Below, piece after piece: positions 49,569 to 59,756 of a stretch of DNA of 64,000 nt. The notes under the pieces are model-generated. The model had not been told where the DNA came from. It searched no databases and saw only the letters and a list, made by a program, of their open reading frames with translations. The DNA lies in the NCBI GenBank assembly GCA_002069125.1, contig MVZN01000006.1, positions 2,354 to 66,353 of the forward strand, given 5' to 3'. This DNA is from Spirochaetes bacterium ADurb.BinA120 (GTDB lineage: Bacteria; Spirochaetota; UBA4802; UBA5368). Numbering within the stretch: position 1 is the first letter of the stretch; each line of letters starts with the position of its first letter. Position numbers and translations under genes: made by a program.

Positions 49569-51379
49569 TGTCGGGTAGAAGACGCATTAACTGGGCCGGG
49601 CTGTGGAAGGCGCAGCGGGGCTTGAGGGCCCGCTACACCAGCACCGACATTTCCAAATACATCTCTCATATCGTATTCTCGGTGGTCCTGGGGCTCTTCG
49701 CCGGCGCCGGAGCGGTCGCGTTTCATTCGATGCTGGAAGGGACACGCCATTTCTTCGAATTCTTCAATCTGAGGTCCTACCTGGGGGTGGATGTAAACCT
49801 GGTCTTCGTATTCCCGGTCGTAGGGGCTCTGATAGTGGCGGCCATGACGCGCTACCTGCCCGCGCTGGCCAGGGAACGCGATGTAACCAGCGTCATCAAG
49901 GCCGTGCTGCTTCGAAACGGATTTATACCTTTCAGGGTAACGCTCTTCCATTTTTTCGCTCCGATCATATCGATCGGTTCAGGGGCCCCTCTTGGCCCCG
50001 AGGGGCCGGCCGCAAAGATGGGTAGCGGCCTGGGTTCGCTCATGTCGCAGTTCTTTCGGCTCAACCAGCGTGAGATGCGAATGTACACGGTGGCAGGCGC
50101 CGGCGCGGCCATCGCGGCCGTGTTCAATGCGCCGATAGCCGGGGTCTTTTTCGGGATCGAGGTGATCCTATTGAACGACCTCAAGAACCAGGCGATGAGC
50201 GCGCTGGTAATCTCCTCCGTGGTCGCGGACGTGTTCTCCCGGGCGGTGCACGGGAACAAGCACGTGTTCAGGATACCCCAGTACGTTACCGGAGAAGTCG
50301 GCGAGTTCCCGTATTTCCTGATGCTGGCCATTCTGTGCGGCGTGGTCTCGCTCCTCTTCTTTCAGCTCCGCCGCGCATCCGGATTTCTTTTAACAAAAAA
50401 GCTCGGCCTGCGGAACGAATTTGTACGGCTGCTCCCGGTAGCCGCGCTTTTCGGAATAGCGCTTCTCCATTTCCACGAGCTCTATGGCATAGGATACAAT
50501 ACCATTAACGAGGTCCTAAACAGGCACCATTCGCTCGCGTTCGTACTGGCGCTCCTGTTTCTCAAGCTCGTATTCATGGCCCTGTTCCTGGAGGCCGGCT
50601 CCTACGGAGGGACCTTCGCGCCATCGCTTATGATCGGCGTTCTGATGGGCCACTCCTTCGCGCTCACGCTAAACTCCCTGTTCGCCCTGTCGCTCGACCC
50701 GGTGGTCTTCGCGCTGGTCGGAATGGGAGGGGTGCTCGCCGGAATCAACTCCATCCCTCTGACCTCCATCCTGCTGGTGTTCGAGGTGACTGGGGACTAT
50801 CACTTCATACTGCCGCTAATGTTCGTTTCCATTATATCCTATTTGGTGGTGATCTACGTAAACCGCGGGAGCACCTATGCGCTCGAACTGCTGAAGGAGG
50901 GGATCGATGTCTCCAGACGGGGGGAGATGGATCTTCTGGGCAAGATCAAGGTTAAAGAGCTGCGAAAGGCCGACTTCGACACGGTTAGCCATCGCACTCC
51001 GTTCGCGAAACTTTCCAAAATCCTTATGCACTCGACCTACGGCGATGTGTTCGTGCTGGATGACCGCAAGGAGCTCGCCGGCGTGATATCCCTTCGGCAG
51101 GTCAGGCAGGCCATCATGTCGAATGAGCTCACGGATCTATTGATCGCGGGGGACGTCATCGACGAGGTGCCGGTGGTTACGGAGGACGATCCCGTGTCGC
51201 TCGCCATGCAGAAAATCGAGGAATACGATCTGGAGACCATTCCGGTGTTGAAGTCGGAGAATGAGCGCATTGTGACGGGCGTGCTGACGCATCGCGATAT
51301 CATACAGGCCTATAACAGGCTTCTGGACGTGTGGGCTACCGACCAATTCCTGACGGACACGAGGCGCGAACGAGGCTGA
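49565..51379 (+). CDS. ClC chloride channel/antiporter family protein with CBS pair
   Basis: G.EGP (GPEGP), FNAPIAG.FFGIE, GG.FAP.L, PLTSILLVFE.TG; C-terminal CBS domains. Confidence 0.9.
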   Translation: MMSGRRRINWAGLWKAQRGLRARYTSTDISKYISHIVFSVVLGLFAGAGAVAFHSMLEGTRHFFEFFNLRSYLGVDVNLVFVFPVVGALIVAAMTRYLPALARERDVTSVIKAVLLRNGFIPFRVTLFHFFAPIISIGSGAPLGPEGPAAKMGSGLGSLMSQFFRLNQREMRMYTVAGAGAAIAAVFNAPIAGVFFGIEVILLNDLKNQAMSALVISSVVADVFSRAVHGNKHVFRIPQYVTGEVGEFPYFLMLAILCGVVSLLFFQLRRASGFLLTKKLGLRNEFVRLLPVAALFGIALLHFHELYGIGYNTINEVLNRHHSLAFVLALLFLKLVFMALFLEAGSYGGTFAPSLMIGVLMGHSFALTLNSLFALSLDPVVFALVGMGGVLAGINSIPLTSILLVFEVTGDYHFILPLMFVSIISYLVVIYVNRGSTYALELLKEGIDVSRRGEMDLLGKIKVKELRKADFDTVSHRTPFAKLSKILMHSTYGDVFVLDDRKELAGVISLRQVRQAIMSNELTDLLIAGDVIDEVPVVTEDDPVSLAMQKIEEYDLETIPVLKSENERIVTGVLTHRDIIQAYNRLLDVWATDQFLTDTRRERG

Positions 51380-51442
51380 CCCCGCGTTTTTCGGCATTGT
51401 ACTTGACTTTTATTCATCGTAAAAAGAATTAAAGCGACAAAA

Positions 51443-51556
51443 GGGAATCTCTAAAGATTAACTTTTAAGATCCCATAAATTGTAAAGTCGGCAAAATCAG
51501 CGCTGGCGCTTCCCCCGCCTCAGGCGGGCGAAAAATCTTGATAATCAGAGATTGCC
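51443..51556 (+). repeat. Dispersed intergenic element, copy B
   Basis: GGGAATCTCT ... AGAGATTGCC terminal inverted repeat (9/10), flanked by AAAA on both sides; CCCGCC-TCA-GGCGGG hairpin. Confidence 0.8.
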
Positions 51557-51581
51557 AAAATATTGAGCTGTGAGGTGTTCC

Positions 51582-54050
51582 ATGACGGAGCGCGGATATT
51601 TATTCAAGGATATAGAATCCAAATGGCGGAAGCGCTGGGAGGATGACAGGGTATTCGAATCGCGGCGCGACCCCGACAGAAAAAAGTATTATCTGCTGGA
51701 GATGTTTCCCTATCCGTCGGGCCGGCTTCACATGGGCCATGTACGAAATTATTCCATAGGCGATCTCATGGCGCGCTTCAAGCGCATGCGCGGATACAAC
51801 GTACTGCACCCCATCGGCTGGGACGCGTTCGGGCTTCCGGCCGAGAACGCGGCGATAAAGGAGGGCATCCCGCCGTTCCGCTGGACGCTCGACAATATCG
51901 GCCACATGAAGGAGCAGTTCGGCAAGCTGGGGGTGTCATACGACTGGACGAGGGAGTTTGCCACCTGCGACCCCAATTATTACCGCTGGAACCAGTGGGT
52001 TTTTCTGAAGATGTACGAGAGGGGGCTGGCGTATAAAAAGAAGGCCTCGGTGAACTGGTGCCCTTCGTGCAATACGGTGCTCGCCAACGAACAGGTGGTG
52101 GACGGGCTGTGCTGGCGCTGCGAGTCGAACGTTTTGCAGAAGGAGCTGGAGCAATGGTTCTTCAAGATTACCGATTACGCCGAGGACCTGCTCAAAGGGC
52201 ATGATGAGCTTGGCGACGGCTGGCCCGAGCGGGTCGTGACCATGCAGCGCAACTGGATAGGGCGTTCGACCGGCCTTACGGTTAAATTCAGGCTCGAGAG
52301 CGGGGAGGATTTCCCCATCTATACGACCAGGCCGGATACGGTATTCGGCGTTACCTTTATGGTCATTGCGCCCGAACATTCACTTCTGGACCGAGTCGGG
52401 GACCCCAGGGTCCGCGAATTCATCGAGCGCTTCAAGTCGCAGCCGCTGGTCGACCGGCTTTCGGACGAAAAGGAAAAGGAAGGCGTGGACACCGGCCTCA
52501 AGGTGATCAATCCCTTTAATGGCGACATCGTCCCGCTTTACGTCGGCAACTTCGTGCTGATGGAGTACGGTACAGGGGCGATCATGGCGGTTCCGGCGCA
52601 CGACACGCGCGACTTCGCCTTCGCGAAGAAATACGGGATTCCGGTAAAGCTCGTAATCGACCGCCCCGGCGAATCCCTGTCGGTATCGACCATGGAGGAC
52701 GCCTATGTGGAGGACGGCGTATGCGTGAACTCCGGTCCCTTCGACGGCCTTGGAAACCGCGAGGCCATGTCGAAGATCTCGGACTACGCCGAGGAAAAGG
52801 GCTTTGGAAAACGCGCCGTAACCTACCGCCTTCGGGACTGGCTGATCTCCCGCCAGCGCTACTGGGGCTGCCCCATTCCCGTGGTCTATTGCGATAAATG
52901 CGGGCCCCAGCCGGTAAAGGAGGAGGAGCTGCCGGTTGTACTTCCCACCGATGTGGAGTTCCGGGGCGATTCGCGTTCCCCTCTCATCTTTATGGATGAT
53001 TTTATCAAGACGAGCTGTCCCAAATGCGGGGGCGCCGCGAGGCGGGAGACGGACACCATGGACACCTTTGTGGACTCGTCGTGGTACTTCGCCAAATTCA
53101 CCTCGCCGAAATCCAGCGGCATGTTCGACCAAGAGGAGGTTAACTACTGGATGCCGGTGGACCAGTACATCGGCGGCATAGAGCATGCGTGTTTGCACCT
53201 CCTGTACGCGCGCTTTTTCAACATGGTGCTAAACGACCTGGGGGTCGTAAACTGCCGCGAGCCCTTCACCAGGCTCCTCACCCAGGGGATGGTGATAAAG
53301 GAAGGCGCCAAGATGAGCAAGTCCAAGGGGAACATAGTGGACCCCGATAAAATAATCGAGGAATACGGCGCGGACACGGCGCGGCTTTTCATGCTATTCG
53401 CCTCTCCGCCGGAGAAAGACCTCGACTGGTCCGACAAGGGCGTTGAGGGCTGTTCCCGTTTTATTGGACGGGTATGGCGCGTAGTTTCCAAATACGCCGC
53501 CGACTATACGGCCGAGCGTTGCGCCGCGGAAGCGGCCCTTTCGGACGAGCTTCGGGCGCTGCGCATAGAGCTCCACCGCACCATGAAGATCGTTACCCAC
53601 GATATCGAGGAACGCCTGCAATACAATACCGCCATAGCCCGATTGATGGAGCTTGTAAACGCGCTCTACCAGCTTCCCGACTCCGAGGCGGCCACGCCGG
53701 ACGGCAAAAAAGTCCTTTCCGAGGTCTTCGACAGCCTGATTCCAATGCTCTCACCCTTCGTACCCCATGTCGCCGAGGAGATGTGGGCCATGCTTGGGCA
53801 CAAGGAGCTCCTTGTAAATCAACCCTGGCCCGCCTACATAGAGGCGCTTTCGGTCAGAGATGAGATCGAGATCGTCTTCCAGGTAAACGGCAAGAACCGC
53901 TCCAAGGCCCCGGTCGCGCCGGACATCTCGAAGGATGAGATGGAAAGGCTTGCGCTCGCGGACCAGCGAATCGGCGATTTTATCGCGGGAAAACAGGTTG
54001 TTAAGGTAATAGTCGTTCCGGGGAAGCTCGTCAATATCGTCGTTAAATAA
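51582..54050 (+). CDS. leuS: Leucine--tRNA ligase
   Basis: EMFPYPSG.LHMGH, WLISRQRYWG.PIP, DTMDTFVDSSWY, YIGGIEHA, KMSKSKGN. Confidence 0.98.
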   Translation: MTERGYLFKDIESKWRKRWEDDRVFESRRDPDRKKYYLLEMFPYPSGRLHMGHVRNYSIGDLMARFKRMRGYNVLHPIGWDAFGLPAENAAIKEGIPPFRWTLDNIGHMKEQFGKLGVSYDWTREFATCDPNYYRWNQWVFLKMYERGLAYKKKASVNWCPSCNTVLANEQVVDGLCWRCESNVLQKELEQWFFKITDYAEDLLKGHDELGDGWPERVVTMQRNWIGRSTGLTVKFRLESGEDFPIYTTRPDTVFGVTFMVIAPEHSLLDRVGDPRVREFIERFKSQPLVDRLSDEKEKEGVDTGLKVINPFNGDIVPLYVGNFVLMEYGTGAIMAVPAHDTRDFAFAKKYGIPVKLVIDRPGESLSVSTMEDAYVEDGVCVNSGPFDGLGNREAMSKISDYAEEKGFGKRAVTYRLRDWLISRQRYWGCPIPVVYCDKCGPQPVKEEELPVVLPTDVEFRGDSRSPLIFMDDFIKTSCPKCGGAARRETDTMDTFVDSSWYFAKFTSPKSSGMFDQEEVNYWMPVDQYIGGIEHACLHLLYARFFNMVLNDLGVVNCREPFTRLLTQGMVIKEGAKMSKSKGNIVDPDKIIEEYGADTARLFMLFASPPEKDLDWSDKGVEGCSRFIGRVWRVVSKYAADYTAERCAAEAALSDELRALRIELHRTMKIVTHDIEERLQYNTAIARLMELVNALYQLPDSEAATPDGKKVLSEVFDSLIPMLSPFVPHVAEEMWAMLGHKELLVNQPWPAYIEALSVRDEIEIVFQVNGKNRSKAPVAPDISKDEMERLALADQRIGDFIAGKQVVKVIVVPGKLVNIVVK

Positions 54051-54071
54051 ACGGATAAGGCCTCACCAGCG

Positions 54072-54099
54072 AAAAGGCCGGGTTAATCCCGGCTTTTTT
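54072..54099 (+). terminator. Intrinsic terminator of leuS
   Basis: AAAAGGCCGGG-TTAAT-CCCGGCTTTTT. Confidence 0.8.
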
Positions 54100-54111
54100 A
54101 TGAATAAGGAG

Positions 54112-54139
54112 TTGCGTTATTTGCGCGCAAATATATTAT
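54112..54139 (+). promoter_or_regulatory. Candidate promoter with a perfect 16-bp palindromic operator for the GH57-like/uxu operon
   Basis: TTGCGT-N16-TATTAT, where the spacer is exactly the palindrome TATTTGCGCGCAAATA (54118-54133). Confidence 0.55.
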
Positions 54140-54204
54140 TTTCGATATATGAACGAGCGCAATAAGGGTCCGTTACCTTGTCGTTCGCCAATCGGAGTGT
54201 CAGA

Positions 54205-56742
54205 ATGAAAGTCGACAGCCCCTCGATCCATATCGCCTTTCGTTTCCATGTCAATTTTTACCATTCCTACCGCGGCGATACGGCCGATGAACTCGGATTC
54301 GGAAAGGACATCCGCGTGATTCGCCGCATCATAGAGGTCCTCGATTATTATAATTCGAGTGGGGTTCCGGTAAGGGGGACCTGGGATTTCGAGAACTATT
54401 TTTCGCTGCAGCTCATAATGCCCAAGCACTGCCCGGATATCATCGATTCCATATCGAGGCGTGTTCGTAAGGGATCGGACGAGATACAGGTGATGTCTTA
54501 CAATAACGGCATGATAAACGCACATACGGCGTCCGAGTTCGACGCGGCGATCTCCCGTGCGCTGTCCAACGACGATGGTTCCGGGGTGGCGGATATATTC
54601 GGTTCGTTTTCACCGATGGTCCGTCCGCAGGAGATGATGTACAATCCGTCTCACCTGTCGCTCTATCCCCGGCACGGGATAGAGGCCATAAGCCTATATT
54701 ATAGCGCCATCCCCTTCAACGCGTTCAGCGCCTTTGTAAGGCCGCTCTCGGTTGCGGAAAGGCATAATCCCCTCCGGCTTAGGTCTCCAGGAAGCGAGGG
54801 GGAGATGGTCCTATTGCCGGCATATAATCCAGGCGATCTAATAGACAATATCTCGCTTCGCCGTTGGGTGAAGCGCCTGCGAAGGAGGCAGCTTGGCATG
54901 CGAAGCCCGGTCGATCTGTTGATCCTTATGGACATGGACGCGGACGACGAGTTCTGGAGCGGTATAGAGGTTCCGCTCGTCTCCCGAGTCTATTCGGTGG
55001 GGAGAGGGCTTCGCGGGCTTATCGAGAGCGTACTCGATCTGGATTATATCCGATTCACAACCCCCTGCAAGTATCTGGATGATCACGCCCCGGTCGGCGC
55101 CGTGGAAATCGGACAGGATACGGCGGACGGGAGTTTTGACGGGATGGCGAGCTGGGCGGAGAAATGGGAGAACCAGGCCCTGTGGACCGGCATAGAGCGC
55201 TCGCGATTGCTTGAGCTGCATGCGCGCCGACTGATGGAGAAGGCTTCAGAGCGCGCCGCTCGAAAGCCCAGGAGCCTTCTTTCCGCCTCTTTCGAGGAGA
55301 GGCTGCGTTCCCTTTCCTCCACGCATTTCGGGATGGCGGCGCCGGTGATGAACCGGGCCAGACTCTTGGCGGCTGCGGAGATCGTGAAGCTCTCGGTGGT
55401 AAAAGCGGAGGTTTCGCTTTCCATGATGATCGAAGCGCGAAGGCCCGAGACTCGAGGCCTACGGCTTTTAGATTTTAAGCGGGGGGTCGACCATGGTTCG
55501 ATAAGTTACAAAAAGCGCTCGTCGAGGGCCCTTGTGCGCGTTCCGTTGAGGCCCGGGGTACTTAGTGACGGCATGCACTTTTTATCCGATGAGTCCGGGC
55601 GGGCCGTTCCGTCCGCGTTAAGGAAGGGCGAGTGGGGCGAGGAGCTCGTTTTCGTCACTCGCATGAGGGCGGGAGGGGAAAAGGCATACCGCCTCGAGAC
55701 CGGCGAAGGCCGGAAGAAGACGCTCCGTATTAAAAGCCCGGTGCTCGCCGGGGCCGGTTCGCTTTCGAACGAATCCATCTCCATATCGTTCGATTCCAGG
55801 GGCTCGCTGAAGGGGCTTTCGTTCCATGGCGATACCTTTTTTGGGGCAGGCTCCATGCGCACGGGCGTTCGCTACTCCAACAATCGCCGCGAAATTGAGA
55901 GGTGGTCGAGCGTCGAAGAGAATCTTTCGGGGGGCGGCCTTATCGGCGCGATAAGGATGCTCGGCGAGCTCGGTTTCGGGCGGGGAGAGAGGCACAGGCT
56001 CTGGGTGGAGAGGGAGATCCTCCTCGCCTCCGGTCTGCCTTATCTTTATATAGACCAGACCGTTCACTATCCCTATACGGGATTTTTCGGATACAATCCA
56101 GGCCGCGCTCGTCGGCTTCAGAGGAAATGGGATACCAGATGGAGGGAGGTAATGCCGCTCGAGATAGAGCCCTCTTTCAGGGGCTCCCCGGAAAGGGAGC
56201 TGCGTGTATGGAAGCACGATTATTTGGATAATGTGAGCTCCTATGCACTCGATTACGGGCGCTTTTCGAAAAACAGACAGCTCGATTCCTGCAACAACCA
56301 CATCACGAACGGCTGGGTGGCCGTCTCGAACGGGGAGCGGGGGCTGCTGGTGGCGCAGACGGCCGATATGCTTTGCTCGCCGGCCTTCTGCCCGCTAAGA
56401 ACTCGCAAAGACCGCGAAGGGCTGCGCGTCATAATGAATCCATTCGGAAGCTATACCGGTAGGCAGTACCGCTATCCGGGCACCTATAGCGGGCTTGGCT
56501 GGATGGCGGCGGTCCGCTTTTCGGCCTCCGACCATATCGGGCCCTATGCGCCTTCATTCAATGGGAGGACTCAGCGCTTCCGCTTGATGATAGCGCCGTA
56601 CAGGGGGGACGCTCCGCCGGAGGATATACGGGCGGACGCGGCGGCATTCGCGTATCCGTACCTTGCCCTGGGCGATGGCCGCTTCTTTGCCGCCCCGGCC
56701 AACCGTTCATGGGGGATGATTGACGACAGCTTATTCGATTGA
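54205..56742 (+). CDS. Large GH57/GH38-like carbohydrate-active protein
   Basis: N-terminal H.N.YHS motif, W.FE, RPQEM (nucleophile-like Glu), MDMDADDEFW; beta-rich C-terminus; co-oriented with uxuBA. Confidence 0.5.
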   Translation: MKVDSPSIHIAFRFHVNFYHSYRGDTADELGFGKDIRVIRRIIEVLDYYNSSGVPVRGTWDFENYFSLQLIMPKHCPDIIDSISRRVRKGSDEIQVMSYNNGMINAHTASEFDAAISRALSNDDGSGVADIFGSFSPMVRPQEMMYNPSHLSLYPRHGIEAISLYYSAIPFNAFSAFVRPLSVAERHNPLRLRSPGSEGEMVLLPAYNPGDLIDNISLRRWVKRLRRRQLGMRSPVDLLILMDMDADDEFWSGIEVPLVSRVYSVGRGLRGLIESVLDLDYIRFTTPCKYLDDHAPVGAVEIGQDTADGSFDGMASWAEKWENQALWTGIERSRLLELHARRLMEKASERAARKPRSLLSASFEERLRSLSSTHFGMAAPVMNRARLLAAAEIVKLSVVKAEVSLSMMIEARRPETRGLRLLDFKRGVDHGSISYKKRSSRALVRVPLRPGVLSDGMHFLSDESGRAVPSALRKGEWGEELVFVTRMRAGGEKAYRLETGEGRKKTLRIKSPVLAGAGSLSNESISISFDSRGSLKGLSFHGDTFFGAGSMRTGVRYSNNRREIERWSSVEENLSGGGLIGAIRMLGELGFGRGERHRLWVEREILLASGLPYLYIDQTVHYPYTGFFGYNPGRARRLQRKWDTRWREVMPLEIEPSFRGSPERELRVWKHDYLDNVSSYALDYGRFSKNRQLDSCNNHITNGWVAVSNGERGLLVAQTADMLCSPAFCPLRTRKDREGLRVIMNPFGSYTGRQYRYPGTYSGLGWMAAVRFSASDHIGPYAPSFNGRTQRFRLMIAPYRGDAPPEDIRADAAAFAYPYLALGDGRFFAAPANRSWGMIDDSLFD

Positions 56743-56757
56743 TGGGGAGTGACCGAT

Positions 56758-57612
56758 ATGGAGATTCCTTTTCGTGTGGGCCTCGACGGTAAGGTCGCGG
56801 TAGTGACCGGCGGGGCGGGCGTACTCTGCGGCTTGTTCGCCTCGGCGCTCGCCGAGTGCGGGGCACGGGTGGCGGTATTGGACCTTAAGGGGGAGGCCGC
56901 GGCCCGAAAGGCCCGGGAGATAGGCTCCGGGGGCGGCACGGCTATAGGCGTGGAGGCCGACGTGCTCGACGCGGGGAGCCTTCGCAAGGCCGCGGATAGG
57001 GTGAGGGCGGAGTTCGGGAGATGCGATATTCTCGTCAACGGGGCCGGGGGGAATCATCCCAGGGGAACGACGGAGCATGACTGGCTGGAAGCCGGATATG
57101 TCCTCTCCGGGGCGGAAGGAGGGCGCTCCTTCTTCGATCTCGACAGGGAGGGTGTGGAGTTCGTCTTCGGGCTCAATTTTACGGGTACGCTGTTGACAAC
57201 ACAGGAGTTCGCCCGCGACATGCTGGGGCGGGGCGGGACGGTGCTAAACATGTCATCGATGAACGCCTTTCGCCCGCTTACGAGAATTCCGGCCTACAGC
57301 GCTGCCAAGGCCGCGGTGAACAATTTTACCCAATGGCTTGCGGTGTACCTGTCGAGGCATGCCATTAGGGTCAACGCGATAGCCCCTGGCTTCTTTCTGA
57401 CAGACCAAAACCGAAGCCTGCTTGTCGGGCCAGACGGCACGCATACTCCGCGGGCCGGCAGGATCATTGCCCATACGCCCTTGGGCCGTTTCGGCGTACC
57501 CGAAGAGCTGGTGGGAACCCTCCTCTGGCTGGCGGACGAACGATCATCCGGATTTGTCTCCGGGGCGGTGGTCCCGGTGGACGGCGGCTTTTCGGCCTAT
57601 TCCGGCGTGTAG
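56758..57612 (+). CDS. uxuB: D-mannonate oxidoreductase (SDR)
   Basis: TGGAGVL, NGAGGNHP, SSMNAFRPLTRIPAYSAAKAA..NFTQWLAV, IIAHTP.GRFG.PEEL. Confidence 0.88.
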   Translation: MEIPFRVGLDGKVAVVTGGAGVLCGLFASALAECGARVAVLDLKGEAAARKAREIGSGGGTAIGVEADVLDAGSLRKAADRVRAEFGRCDILVNGAGGNHPRGTTEHDWLEAGYVLSGAEGGRSFFDLDREGVEFVFGLNFTGTLLTTQEFARDMLGRGGTVLNMSSMNAFRPLTRIPAYSAAKAAVNNFTQWLAVYLSRHAIRVNAIAPGFFLTDQNRSLLVGPDGTHTPRAGRIIAHTPLGRFGVPEELVGTLLWLADERSSGFVSGAVVPVDGGFSAYSGV

Positions 57613-57623
57613 GAGGCTATGGC

Positions 57624-58670
57624 ATGATAATGACCTTCAGGTGGTACGGAGAGGGCGATCCGATCCCGCTCCGCCATATCCGCCAGATCCCCGTGGTAAA
57701 AGGGATCGTGTCCGCCCTGTACGACGTTCCCGTGGGGGAGATATGGCCCCTCGAAAGGATGGCTACGCTTCAACGAAGGATACTCGATGAGGGACTGGCG
57801 CTTTCGGTGATAGAGAGCATACCGGTGCATGAGGATATCAAGCTCGGCAGGCCGACCAGGGACCGTTATATAGACGCGTATCGTCAAAGCATTCGCAATA
57901 TGGGCGCTCTCGGCATTCCCATCCTATGTTATAACTTCATGCCGGTCTTCGACTGGATGCGCACGGACCTTTCGATGGAGCTTCCGGACGGCTCTACTGC
58001 GCTCTCATACGATCATGAGGCCATAGAGGCGATCGACATTAAGGACGGAATTCCCGATCTTCCGGGCTGGGCTACTGCATACTCGGCGGAAGAGCTTCGT
58101 TCCCTTCTCGACGCCTATGCCGGGGTCGGCACGGAGGACCTGTGGAGAAATCTGAATTATTTTTTAAGGGCGGTGGTGCCGGTTGCCGAAGAGAGCGGCG
58201 TGCGAATGGGAATCCATCCGGACGATCCGCCATGGCCTGTTTTCGGGCTTCCGCGGATCATCACCGACGACGCCGCGCTTGCGCGTCTGACCGAAATCGT
58301 CGACAGCCCTTCGAACGGCATAAGCTTCTGTACTGGCTCGCTCGGTCCAAACGCCGGGATCGATCTAATAAAAAGCCTGGGGCGCTTTGTCCGCAAGGGG
58401 CGGGTTCCCTTCGTACATGCGCGTAATATCCGGCGCACCGGGGAACGCGCCTTCCACGAAACGGCCCATTGCTCGGAATCGGGGGACGTGGACATATACA
58501 GGATCATCCGCGAGCTTGCGGACGCGGGCTTCGATGGGGCCATTCGCCCCGATCATGGCAGGATGATATGGGATGAAAGGGGGCGCCCCGGTTATGGCCT
58601 CTACGACAGGGCCCTCGGCGCCATGTATCTGGCGGGCCTCTGGGAGGCCGTGGGAAGATCGTCTAAATGA
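57624..58670 (+). CDS. uxuA: Mannonate dehydratase
   Basis: MTFRWYG, ES.PVHE.IK.G, CYNFMPVFDW.RT, IHPDDPP, RPDHGR, GY..YDRALG. Confidence 0.96.
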   Translation: MIMTFRWYGEGDPIPLRHIRQIPVVKGIVSALYDVPVGEIWPLERMATLQRRILDEGLALSVIESIPVHEDIKLGRPTRDRYIDAYRQSIRNMGALGIPILCYNFMPVFDWMRTDLSMELPDGSTALSYDHEAIEAIDIKDGIPDLPGWATAYSAEELRSLLDAYAGVGTEDLWRNLNYFLRAVVPVAEESGVRMGIHPDDPPWPVFGLPRIITDDAALARLTEIVDSPSNGISFCTGSLGPNAGIDLIKSLGRFVRKGRVPFVHARNIRRTGERAFHETAHCSESGDVDIYRIIRELADAGFDGAIRPDHGRMIWDERGRPGYGLYDRALGAMYLAGLWEAVGRSSK

Positions 58671-58715
58671 ATCCGTATAAAACGCGCATCAGGATAGAGG
58701 TCGGAGGTTGCCGAG

Positions 58716-59756
58716 ATGGGGATGAAGGGCGAACGGGCCAGGCGCCTTGAAGACATAGCGCGCCGCTGCGGGGTTTCAATAAGCTCCGTGTCACGCGCTC
58801 TGAATAACAGGCCGGGGGTATCGGCCGAAACGCGCAGACGGGTTCTCTCGGTGGCCGGGGAGCAGGGCTTCCGGCCGCGCGCCCGAAAGCGCCACCTCTC
58901 TCGTGCAATGCTTGACCTCCTGTTGGTGGTCCCCGAACGGGAGGAGCTTTCGGCGAACCCATTTTTGAACATTTCGGAGCTGGTCGGTGCGATCGGCGAG
59001 GCCTTTCGTGACGAAAAGAAAAGGGTGGAGGTCGTCCCGGTCGGCGATTTTGCTGATTCGATTGGGGATGGGGCCCCAGGGGTGGACGGCGTGCTCTTCG
59101 CCTATAGGAGCGTGGGCGAAAAAGAGCGGAAAAGGCTCATGGATACGAAAATACCGTACGTGTTCATCAGCCGCGTTATTCCCGGCGAAAATTATGTTTC
59201 ATGCAATTATTATAAAAGCATGCTCGGACTCACGCGAATGATGATAGAGTCCGGGCACAGGCGCCTGGGATACCTTGGCAACCGGGGGAACCCGAACGAT
59301 ATCGACAGGCTTCGGGGATTCAAAACGGCCGTCACCGAGTCGGGGGTGGAGCATTCGGTTTACGCCCGGGTGGATACTATATTCGGGGTAGATGAAAGGG
59401 TCGCCGGCGTATTTACGGATGGCCGGTGCGACGCGGTGTTATGTTTCAACGACTTCATGGCGATCAGGCTGATCGGGAATCTGCGAGATCTTGGCTGCGC
59501 GGTTCCCGACGACATGTCCGTTACCGGTTTCGACGATTCGCCTCTGCGAAGGGCGGCAGCCCCCTTCCTCACCACGGTGCGCCAGCCGGCCTTTGAAATG
59601 GCGTTTTTGGCATCCCGATGGCTGCGCGACAATATACTGAACAAGACCAATCGCCGGCTCTGCATCGAGGTCGAGGGGGAAGTCGTATTCGGGGAGAGCA
59701 CTCTTATGCGGGGCGGAATCAGAAACCGGCATCGTGAGCATACGAGAACACCATGA
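58716..59756 (+). CDS. LacI family transcriptional regulator
   Basis: DIARRCGVS.SSVSRALN, FNDFMA, D.SVTGFDD, LTTV.QP. Confidence 0.93.
   Translation: MGMKGERARRLEDIARRCGVSISSVSRALNNRPGVSAETRRRVLSVAGEQGFRPRARKRHLSRAMLDLLLVVPEREELSANPFLNISELVGAIGEAFRDEKKRVEVVPVGDFADSIGDGAPGVDGVLFAYRSVGEKERKRLMDTKIPYVFISRVIPGENYVSCNYYKSMLGLTRMMIESGHRRLGYLGNRGNPNDIDRLRGFKTAVTESGVEHSVYARVDTIFGVDERVAGVFTDGRCDAVLCFNDFMAIRLIGNLRDLGCAVPDDMSVTGFDDSPLRRAAAPFLTTVRQPAFEMAFLASRWLRDNILNKTNRRLCIEVEGEVVFGESTLMRGGIRNRHREHTRTP

Noticed and set aside
51400-51581. Possible T-box riboswitch upstream of leuS
   Set aside because: No AGGGTGGNACCGCG T-box motif or Stem I features; the space is occupied by repeat copy B.
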